Source: an uncultured Gammaproteobacteria bacterium (lineage in GTDB: Bacteria > Pseudomonadota > Gammaproteobacteria > Arenicellales > JAANXG01). Taken from it: DNA of 64,000 nt. The position numbers and the translations under genes are program-made. Numbering within the stretch: position 1 is the first letter of the stretch; each line of letters starts with the position of its first letter. A model generated the notes under the pieces. It made no database searches, was not told the DNA's origin, and was given only the letters and a program-made list of their open reading frames with translations. This document shows, piece after piece, positions 8,053 to 15,493 of the stretch. The stretch is taken from assembly GCA_947259395.1 (NCBI GenBank), contig CAMYMN010000015.1:8915-72914 (forward strand). Direction: 5' to 3'.

Positions 8053-8106
8053 GGAGACATCCTACTTTTTAAGTAACAAGTAACAGCTAAAAAAGTAGTA
8101 GTCCCC
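8053..8106. repeat. cassette-related long imperfect palindrome between convergent genes; probable bidirectional terminator
   Basis: GGAGACATCCTACTTTTT (8053-8070) pairs with AAAAAAGTAGTAGTCCCC (8089-8106). The loop contains the tandem AAGTAACA-AGTAACA. T-runs follow the stem on both strands. The left arm matches cassettes A-C (GGAGACAT[T/C]CTAC). Confidence 0.5.
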
Positions 8107-8114
8107 TGTTTTGG

Positions 8115-8519
8115 TCACACGGCTTGCGTGACCGTATCAGTCTGCCGGTGAAAATATTGATCGTAGATCAGGAGATGGTCACGGAAGGATTCGGCTAATT
8201 TCCTAGCTACCTTCGCGTTGTCGTGCGGTGCCCTACTGCGATAATAAAACATCGCCATCGTAATCTCGTCCAACAGGCGCTGATGATCTGCTTGATGCTC
8301 TTCGTATCCGTCGTAGCATCGCGCCCTCATGATTGCCTCCTCATAGGCGAAGTGCTTGGTATAGCTCGCGTATAAGTTGCCGAGTAGCTCGATCATGGTC
8401 GACTCGCGCTCGCCGAGCCGCTGGATCAGCTCAACTTGTTTACGGTGCTCGGCGTCCAGCTTCCTGATCCCTCCGTGGAACGTCGTTTCGTAGTCCAATA
8501 TCGTCATTATCAACTCCAC
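8115..8519 (-). CDS. hemerythrin-like metal-binding protein (bacteriohemerythrin family)
   Basis: 134 aa. N-terminal ...LDAEHRKQVELIQRL, then H/E/D-rich helices (HFAYEEAIM, HQADHQRLLDEI, FRDHLLIYDQYF) matching the hemerythrin His/Glu/Asp ligand pattern. Confidence 0.65.
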   Translation of the reverse strand: MELIMTILDYETTFHGGIRKLDAEHRKQVELIQRLGERESTMIELLGNLYASYTKHFAYEEAIMRARCYDGYEEHQADHQRLLDEITMAMFYYRSRAPHDNAKVARKLAESFRDHLLIYDQYFHRQTDTVTQAV

Positions 8520-8879
8520 TAAAGTTCAGTGTTTCCCTAGAAGTCGGCGTGCGACATCCGTCATCTTCGGTCGCATCAATCGATCGTCTTCGTAACCGGG
8601 TCGTCACGCCGTTCGCTCCAGCCTCCAGTAGTGGAATCTCATTCTTAAACGCTATTAATTATTGAAGTTAGACGCTATTTCTGAACTTGTCCAGTAAATA
8701 ATGACGCTAACTAGCTGTCTTTTCTGAGAAAAGACAGTATTTCCCTCGTCGGGGTTGCCGGTTCCTGAATTTAGCGGCACGTCCGCGGTGTCGCCGCGGC
8801 GGCCACGGTGCAGTAACCGGCACGCGGGCGTGCCGCTGAAGATCCCGCGCGGTGTCCGATGATGGCTCCGGTTGACGCC

Positions 8880-9518
8880 TCAAACGCGCGGCGGGAAGCG
8901 CTGTTGGAGCCCCCGCACCTGTGCCGCGCTGAGCAGCCGCGTATCGGCGCCGCGTAATAATAGAAATAGCCGGGCGGTCTCTTCCAGCTCTTCGATGGCG
9001 TATACGGCGTCGTTGAGGGTCGCGCCGGCAACCACCGGGCCGTGATTGGCCAACAGTACCGCGTGATGGCTGCCGGCGATCTCACCGACTGCCTTTGCCA
9101 GATCCGCATCACCCGGCGGGAAATAAGGGACCAGGGGGAGTCGTCCGATGCGCATCACATAGTAGGCGGTGATGGGCGGCAACACATTGTCATGATCGAC
9201 GTCTTCGAGACAACTGACCGCGACCGAATACGTGGAATGCAGGTGGACTACGGCGCCGGCCTTGGGGCGCTGTTGATACATTGCAAGGTGCAGGAACGAT
9301 TCCTTGGTTGGCCGGTCGCCGCCAACCCAGTCACCGTTGTCATCCAACTTGGCAATCCGTTCGGGGTCGATCTCCCCCATCGACGTCCCGGTAGGCGTCA
9401 TCAGCCAACCGCCGTCGATGCGGACACTGATATTGCCGGTGGATCCAAACGTGAGCCCGCGCGCAAAAAGCGAGCGTCCCAGAATGGCGATGCGGTCGCG
9501 GTTTAGTGTTTCACTCAT
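8880..9518 (-). CDS. otnC: class II aldolase/adducin-family protein, 3-oxo-tetronate 4-phosphate decarboxylase (OtnC/YgbL)-like
   Basis: From internal ATG 9518: MSETLNRDRIAILGRSLFARGLTFGSTGNISVR ... HLHSTYSVA ... LLANHGPVVAG (class II aldolase His ligands). ATGA overlap with the upstream kinase gene at 9515-9518. The ORF-track start 9617 overlaps that gene. Confidence 0.7.
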   Translation of the reverse strand: MSETLNRDRIAILGRSLFARGLTFGSTGNISVRIDGGWLMTPTGTSMGEIDPERIAKLDDNGDWVGGDRPTKESFLHLAMYQQRPKAGAVVHLHSTYSVAVSCLEDVDHDNVLPPITAYYVMRIGRLPLVPYFPPGDADLAKAVGEIAGSHHAVLLANHGPVVAGATLNDAVYAIEELEETARLFLLLRGADTRLLSAAQVRGLQQRFPPRV

Positions 9519-10789
9519 GGCAGCATACCCATTGCTTTGGTAAAGAAATCCTCGCCGCCGAAGTTTCCGGATTTGAGCGCGAGGGCGATCCGCGGCTCGC
9601 CGATGGTCTCGGTCCATGGCACGCCGGGATCGATCTCGGCGCCGATACGCAAGCTCTGCACGCTCAGCGCCGACACCACCGTTCCGGATGTTTCACCGCC
9701 GGCGACAATCAGCCGACGTACACCGCTCGCCACTAGTGCGTGGGCGAGGCGGCCAAAGGCATCCTCGATCATCTCGCCCGCCCGCCCGCGTCCGTACTGC
9801 TGCTGGATCGTCGCGACCTCGTCGGGCGCGGCGGACGTGTAAACGATAACCGGGGTGTGATTGTTGTGCCCATTCGCCCACGTGAGCGTCTCTTCTACCA
9901 CCGGGTCGCCGCTGGCGATGCGGTGTACATCGAGTTTTCGATGTGGCCAGGTCCGCTTGGCAAAGGCGATCTGCCCACGGGTGGCTTGTGAGCAGCTTCC
10001 AGCGAGAACTACTGCGCGGCCTGCCGCTCGCGGTACATCGGATTCCGCCGGTGGGCCGAGCAGGCCCCGGCGGCGAAAATTCTCAGGTAATCCGAGGGCA
10101 ACGCCGGAGCCGCCGGTGACCAGACGGTGGTCCGAGGCCGCCGCGCCGATGGTCGCGAGGTCGTTATCCGTGAGCGCATCCACGACGCCATAGGACATAC
10201 CTGCATTGCGCAGCGCCGCGAACGCCGACGCCGTAGCTCCAATTCCGGCGGCGACCGTTGCGTGGGGCACGAGACCGACGCGGCGTTGGGTCTGCGCACC
10301 CATCAATCTGATCAGGCTGGAGTCTCGCATCGGTGTCAACGGATGATGTTTCATAGATGATTCTGCAAGTAATTGATCGCCGACAAAAAGGTGGCCCTGG
10401 TAGATGGTGCGGGCATTGGTGGGAAAGGCAGGACACACCACCGTGAACTCGGCCCCAAGGGCATCCAGCAACGCGTCGGCGACGGGACCGATATTGCCGT
10501 GCGCGGTGGAGTCGAACGTCGAGCAGTACTTGAAGAAAAACTGTTGCGCTCCAAGTTCACGCAACCAGTTCAACGCCGCGAGGGAGGCGCCGATCGCATC
10601 CTCGACCGGTGCGGTTCTCGATTTCAGCGCCACCACCACAGCTTCGGCACCACCAAGGTCAACATCCGCGGGGGGCACGCCGATGGTCTGCACTGAACGC
10701 ATGCCTTGTCTCACCAAGGTGTTGGCAAGATCGGTCGCTCCGGTGAAATCATCGGCAATGCAGCCCAATAGAACGCTCATGCGAACCAT
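9515..10789 (-). CDS. otnK: four-carbon acid-sugar kinase family protein (DUF1537; OtnK/YgbK-like 3-oxo-tetronate kinase)
   Basis: About 420 aa with the characteristic N-terminus LGCIADDFTGATDLAN. Two-domain size is typical of DUF1537 kinases. Alternative start ATG 10780. Confidence 0.75.
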   Translation of the reverse strand: MVRMSVLLGCIADDFTGATDLANTLVRQGMRSVQTIGVPPADVDLGGAEAVVVALKSRTAPVEDAIGASLAALNWLRELGAQQFFFKYCSTFDSTAHGNIGPVADALLDALGAEFTVVCPAFPTNARTIYQGHLFVGDQLLAESSMKHHPLTPMRDSSLIRLMGAQTQRRVGLVPHATVAAGIGATASAFAALRNAGMSYGVVDALTDNDLATIGAAASDHRLVTGGSGVALGLPENFRRRGLLGPPAESDVPRAAGRAVVLAGSCSQATRGQIAFAKRTWPHRKLDVHRIASGDPVVEETLTWANGHNNHTPVIVYTSAAPDEVATIQQQYGRGRAGEMIEDAFGRLAHALVASGVRRLIVAGGETSGTVVSALSVQSLRIGAEIDPGVPWTETIGEPRIALALKSGNFGGEDFFTKAMGMLP

Positions 10790-10898
10790 CCGCTCAGCAT
10801 GGTGACGTCTCCGCTAGGAAGCGCGGACATAACGACATGATCGATTGCGTCGTCAATCGCAACCACCCAGCGTCGTCGCATCACACCATCGATGGAAA

Positions 10899-11813
10899 TC
10901 AAGACCCGGGACCTTCCGGCAGCGATATACCGCCCTGTCTTGCGTACACCTTGGCCACTGCTGCGTCGTCTTCCCCGCCAAGTCCGGCCGCGCTGGCTTG
11001 GTTGAACAACTCCGCGGCGATCTTGGTGATCGGTAAAGGAAAACCCGCTGCGTTGCCTTCCTCCAGGACGATGCCGAGATCCTTGACAAAAATATCCACT
11101 GCCGAACGCGGTGTGTAATCTCCGTCTAGTATATGTGGCACGCGATTGTGGAACATCCAGGACGAACCCGCACTGGCGCAGATCACCTCGTAAAGGGTGT
11201 CGGGGTCGATGCCGGACTTGATGCCGAAACTCATCGCTTCGCACGCCGTGGCGATGTGTACCCCGGCAAGCAGCTGATTGATCATTTTTATGCGCGAGCC
11301 TGCACCCGGCTCATCGCCCAAGCGGTACACTTTCGCGGCGACCGCGTCCAGCGCCGCTGACGCCCGATCGAACGCCGCGTCGGATCCCGACGCCATGATG
11401 GTCATGGCCCCTTCCAGGGCCTTGGCGGCGCCACCGGATACCGGCGCGTCCAGTGACAGACGCGCGCGTTCTTTGAGGCGTCGCCCCAGGTACTCGGCAA
11501 ACGATGGGGCCACGGTGGCGCAGGACACAATCACGGCGTCGGAGGGTGCGGTTTCCAGGGCCCCGTTTTCTCCAAACAGCACCGTGTTGGTCTGCTCGGC
11601 GTTCACGACAAAAATGAATACGACGTCTGCACCCTCGGCGGCCTCGGCGGGTGACGAACACCCGATGCCGTTCTCGCTGCGGAATCGTTGCACTATGTCA
11701 TCTCTCACGTCCACACCACGGGTCTTGAAGCCAGCGCGAATCAGCGACAGGGCCGCGCCCCAGCCCATGGATCCCAGTCCGATGACAGCGATTTTGTCGT
11801 TGGCGGTGGTCAT
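10899..11813 (-). CDS. ltnD: HIBADH-related NAD-dependent dehydrogenase (LtnD/YgbJ-like L-threonate dehydrogenase candidate)
   Basis: From ATG 11813: MTTANDKIAVIGLGSMGWGAA (Rossmann GxGxxG) plus a beta-hydroxyacid dehydrogenase body (DAPVSGG, ...GAGSRIKMINQ). The upstream ORF-track extension to 11903 has no family support. Confidence 0.75.
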   Translation of the reverse strand: MTTANDKIAVIGLGSMGWGAALSLIRAGFKTRGVDVRDDIVQRFRSENGIGCSSPAEAAEGADVVFIFVVNAEQTNTVLFGENGALETAPSDAVIVSCATVAPSFAEYLGRRLKERARLSLDAPVSGGAAKALEGAMTIMASGSDAAFDRASAALDAVAAKVYRLGDEPGAGSRIKMINQLLAGVHIATACEAMSFGIKSGIDPDTLYEVICASAGSSWMFHNRVPHILDGDYTPRSAVDIFVKDLGIVLEEGNAAGFPLPITKIAAELFNQASAAGLGGEDDAAVAKVYARQGGISLPEGPGS

Positions 11814-12003
11814 GGTCTCATGTTCCTGTTTTCGATGGTCGGTAACGCATAGGGGTCGAGCCATGGGTTCGTCCGTGGGGCTCGCGAACAGTGCATCGTG
11901 CATTTTACCAACGGTTCCAATACGGGGTCAGGCCCAGCATCTTGGGCCATGCGGCTACGCGAGACCGGCTCCCAAGTCATAACCGTGGGAGTTCGAAACT
12001 GGA

Positions 12004-12720
12004 TCAAGTCTGTTCGCACTCGAGTGCGGCACACCCCGCCACCTCGATGCCGGCAGCGGTGTGCCGCAAACGCACCGCCAACACCTCCACACCCTGTTGC
12101 GCTACAGTCTCCAGGGCGTCGCTGTAATCCGGGTCTATGTCCCAGGCCGGTTCGAAGGCTCGGCCCTCGGGACGATTGACGGCAAAAACGATCACCCCGC
12201 GCGAGCCACGCTTGACCGCTTCGCGCAACAGCGCGAGATGTTTACGTCCGCGTTCGGTGACCGCATCGGGAAATCGAACGCAGTCGCCGTCCAACAAGGT
12301 GGTGTTCTTCACCTCGACGTAGGTGTCCCGCCTCCGGCCGTCCGTGAGATGCAGGTCAAACCGCGAACGAGGAAAGCCATCGACAACGAATTGCGGTTCA
12401 GCGGTTATGCGCCGGTAGCCGTTAAGTGATGTGATTCGCCCGCTGTCGATCGCCTCAGCAATGACGCCATTGACGCGACCGGTGTGCACGCCGATCCAGC
12501 CTTGACCCATGTCCACCCGTTCCAGAGTCCAGGCAAGCTTGCGCTTGGGGTTGTTGCTGTAGCTGACTTGCACCTTGGCACCGGGCGCCCAGCAGGTCGT
12601 CATGGAGCCGGTGTTCGGGCAATGGGCGATGACGCGGCGTCCGTCGTCAAGATCGATATCGGCGAGAAAGCGTTTATAGCGCGTAAGGATGCGGCCGTTG
12701 TAAAGAGGCGGGAGGTCCAT
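12004..12720 (-). CDS. sfsA: sugar fermentation stimulation protein SfsA
   Basis: From ATG 12720: MDLPPLYNGRILTRYKRFLADIDLDDGRRVIAHCPNTGSM, a typical SfsA N-terminus. Total length is 238 aa. Confidence 0.85.
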   Translation of the reverse strand: MDLPPLYNGRILTRYKRFLADIDLDDGRRVIAHCPNTGSMTTCWAPGAKVQVSYSNNPKRKLAWTLERVDMGQGWIGVHTGRVNGVIAEAIDSGRITSLNGYRRITAEPQFVVDGFPRSRFDLHLTDGRRRDTYVEVKNTTLLDGDCVRFPDAVTERGRKHLALLREAVKRGSRGVIVFAVNRPEGRAFEPAWDIDPDYSDALETVAQQGVEVLAVRLRHTAAGIEVAGCAALECEQT

Positions 12721-12736
12721 TTGCGTTGGCAGTGCG

Positions 12737-13513
12737 TCACACAATCAACCGGCGGCGCACCAGGATAACCGCCAGGTAATAACTGATGGCGGCGTAAAAC
12801 AGCAGCACGCCAAGGTGCAGACCGGTATTGGTCAATGGTTGATCCGCCACCAGTGGTCGCACCAGCGCGACGGCGTGGGTCAAGGGCAGGACTTGCACGA
12901 AGGATTGTAAGGCCGCGGGCAGGCTATTGATGGGGTAAAACACGCCGCACAGAATGAACATCGGGGTGACCACTAGGGTGAAATAATAATTAAAGAAATC
13001 GTAACTCCTCGAGAACGCGCTCATGACGATGGCGGGGCCGGCAAAACACAAACCGATGGTGAACGCAATCGGTACCACCAGCACTGCCGTGAAGCTCAGC
13101 ACCGCGCCGAGAAGGGACGCCACCAACAGGATCGCAGTGGCGCTGATGGTGCTTTTGGTGGCGCACCACAGCATCTCGCCGGCGATGATGTCGTCCACAT
13201 CCAAGGGTGTCGCCAGCATCGACCCGTAGGTACGCTGCGGCACCATGCGGGTGTATACCGAGTACATGCCTTCGAAGCTCGCGGTGTTCATGGCCGAGGA
13301 CGCCACTATGCCGGAGGCCAGGAAGGTGAGATAGGGCAGGCCGGCCATATTGCCGATGAACATGCCCAGACCGAACCCCAAACCGAGCAGATACAGGAAT
13401 GGTTCACCGAAATTGATCAACAGGCTAGGGGTGATGAGCTTGCGCCACACCAGGACATTACGACGCCATACCTTCAGCGCCTTGGGGCGGATGCGGGGCA
13501 CACGAAGATCCAT
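12737..13513 (-). CDS. ABC-2 type transporter permease (NodJ/YadH-like)
   Basis: 258 aa with six hydrophobic segments. N-terminus ...KALKVWRRNVLVWRKL is typical of ABC-2 exporter permeases. It lies 2 nt downstream of the ATPase gene. Confidence 0.85.
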   Translation of the reverse strand: MDLRVPRIRPKALKVWRRNVLVWRKLITPSLLINFGEPFLYLLGLGFGLGMFIGNMAGLPYLTFLASGIVASSAMNTASFEGMYSVYTRMVPQRTYGSMLATPLDVDDIIAGEMLWCATKSTISATAILLVASLLGAVLSFTAVLVVPIAFTIGLCFAGPAIVMSAFSRSYDFFNYYFTLVVTPMFILCGVFYPINSLPAALQSFVQVLPLTHAVALVRPLVADQPLTNTGLHLGVLLFYAAISYYLAVILVRRRLIV

Positions 13514-13515
13514 GA

Positions 13516-14445
13516 CTACTCGCGAAGGTCGCGGCCGGTAATGTTGAGAAATACATCCTCCAGGTTTGCCGGCCGGTGTAGGAAGCTCAGCTCCGGCGTG
13601 CCCTGTAGCCGCTCGGTCAACGGTCTGGAGTCATGGGTATAGCAGTAGATCGTGTCGCCGACGGACTCGGTGCGGCAGTCGGTGCCATCACCCAGCAAAG
13701 ATTCAATACGGCCGTTGGCGCCGCGCAATTCCACCACCTCGGGTTCGACGTGTTCGCGGATCAATGTCTTGGGCGACCCGCGGGCGATAATTGCACCGTG
13801 ATCGATGATCAGCACGTCATCGCACAAGCGCTCTGCTTCTTCCATATAGTGCGTAGTCAACAGTAAGGTCTTGCCAGACTGCTTCAGATCGCGCAGCCGC
13901 GCCCAGATCATATGGCGCACCTGGGGGTCGAGACCGGTGGTGGGTTCGTCGAGGACCACGAGATCCGGATCATTGATGAGCGCCCGGGCGATCGTCAGGC
14001 GGCGCTTCATGCCCCCGGAGAGTTGATCCACGCGCGCGTCGGCGCGGTCCGTGAGGCTAACGAATTCCAGCAATTCCGTGATGCGCGTGTCCACGTCGCT
14101 GCCTTCGAGCCCGAAATAACTGGCGTAGACCCGCAGGTTCTCGGCGATGGTGAAGTCCGGATCGAGATCGTCCTCCTGGGGTACCACACCGGTACGGGCG
14201 CGCACTGCGCTGGCGTGGTCCGGCAGCGGCTGACCGAATACGGTCAACACACCGGCGGTGAGCGGGGACTGTCCGAGTATCATTTTGATGGTTGTCGTTT
14301 TGCCGGCGCCATTGGGACCGAGCAGGCCGAAGCACTGCCCCCGGGGCACGGTGAAGCTGATGCGCCGCACCACCTCTTGCGCGCCGAATCGCTTGGTCAC
14401 CCCAATGGCCTCAATGATGGCTGTCGCAGCCTGGGTCTGATTCAT
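13516..14445 (-). CDS. ABC transporter ATP-binding protein (NodI/YadG-like)
   Basis: From ATG 14445: MNQTQAATAIIEAIGVTKRFG. Walker A GPNGAGKTT, signature LSGGMKRRL, Walker B LVVLDEPT. ATGA overlap with the phosphatase gene stop at 14442-14445. The ORF-track start 14625 lies inside that gene. Confidence 0.9.
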   Translation of the reverse strand: MNQTQAATAIIEAIGVTKRFGAQEVVRRISFTVPRGQCFGLLGPNGAGKTTTIKMILGQSPLTAGVLTVFGQPLPDHASAVRARTGVVPQEDDLDPDFTIAENLRVYASYFGLEGSDVDTRITELLEFVSLTDRADARVDQLSGGMKRRLTIARALINDPDLVVLDEPTTGLDPQVRHMIWARLRDLKQSGKTLLLTTHYMEEAERLCDDVLIIDHGAIIARGSPKTLIREHVEPEVVELRGANGRIESLLGDGTDCRTESVGDTIYCYTHDSRPLTERLQGTPELSFLHRPANLEDVFLNITGRDLRE

Positions 14446-14990
14446 GCGCCGGTGGTGCGGGTCTTTGTATCGCGGTACAGGGACGCCTGTCGGATGGCCT
14501 CGATATACGGGGCGCACGGACGCTGTTCGGTGACGAATCGATAGGCCTGTTCCAGGTCCCAACCCCGGATCCAGCTCAGATAGGCGATCGCTACACCGGG
14601 CGCCCGGCCCATGCCGGCGGTGCAATGCACGTACACCCGGTGACCGACGCCAAGCAGGGCGTGCAGCTGTTCCACCGCGCCACCTAGCCGCTCGCGCAGG
14701 TCTCGGGGATCAAAGTCCCGGATTGGCCAACGGGCGATCACCAGATCCCGGGCCTGGTATTGACCGTGCACAGCGTCCCAATCCAGTCGCTGGTCGATGA
14801 AATCCTCGTCGGTTTGCAAGTTCAACACCGCGGTGATGTGTGCCCCAGATGTCAACCGATCGACGTCGACTGGGGTGCGCGGGCAGGTGCCTACGAATAG
14901 TTCGGGTTGAATGCGTGTCAGATTTATCACGATAATAGCGACGGCGTAACGCAAGGCGGCCAAGGATACCAGGGTTCGTCCTACCCGCAA
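14442..14990 (-). CDS. dual-specificity phosphatase, SEX4/LSF2 (glucan phosphatase)-like catalytic domain
   Basis: CX5R loop [20 protein letters not shown], preceded by [15 protein letters not shown]. The N-terminal part is [20 protein letters not shown]. The likely true start is GTG 14930 ((M)[13 protein letters not shown]); TTG 14990 is simply the longest ORF. Confidence 0.75.
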   Translation of the reverse strand: [182 protein letters not shown]

Positions 14991-15239
14991 TAGGCGAGCG
15001 CTCGCCGGCTAAGACAGAGTGTGATTTCATGGTGGATGACCCGTGAAGACCTTAGCCCGTGTCTTGTCACTGGCGGACGTGTTTCTTGCCGTGGGACTGA
15101 CACCGGATGTCGCGCGCATAACCGATGAGCTGTTCCGGCGCGGCATGGAAGCCATGGCGCCTCAATCTGGCACCACGAGGTTCGAAACCCTGATGCCGAT
15201 TATCGGTCTAACTAAGTAAGCAGAACAAAAAGGATCATT

Positions 15240-15464
15240 ATGATGTTTGTTAAACAACGAACAAGTGATCACCTGGTGGAAGTGCTGGAACTCGCCGACC
15301 TGTTCAATCCCAACCACGCCGAGGTATTGGGGCGGTACCACTACGGTGAGGAGGCCCAAGATCCGGAAAAATTCTCCAAATCAGACTTGATATTCCTTTC
15401 CGATGAGGAACTGCCGCGGTGTTGGATCGACGCGCACTATCGCGACAGCGAGTGGAAAAGATAA
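15240..15464 (+). CDS. small acidic hypothetical protein (74 aa)
   Basis: ORF MMFVKQRTSDHLVEVLELADLFNPNHAEVLGRYHYGEEAQDPEKF... with an AAGGA SD-like sequence 6 nt upstream. It looks like a conserved small gammaproteobacterial protein, but I cannot name the family. Confidence 0.5.
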   Translation: MMFVKQRTSDHLVEVLELADLFNPNHAEVLGRYHYGEEAQDPEKFSKSDLIFLSDEELPRCWIDAHYRDSEWKR

Positions 15465-15493
15465 GGCTAGCTCGTACGCCGGGAGGTGAAAGT

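Noticed and set aside
11987-12000. GGGAGTTCGAAACT, a tRNA T-loop-like GTTCGAA motif (another occurs at about 15178-15190, GAGGTTCGAAACCC)
   Set aside because: The flanking bases do not form a T-stem, and I could not build acceptor, D or anticodon arms. No tRNA is supported.
14446-14625. Upstream 60-codon extension of the ABC ATPase ORF
   Set aside because: It overlaps the 3' end of the phosphatase gene in another frame. The conserved ATPase N-terminus begins at ATG 14445, which forms an ATGA overlap.
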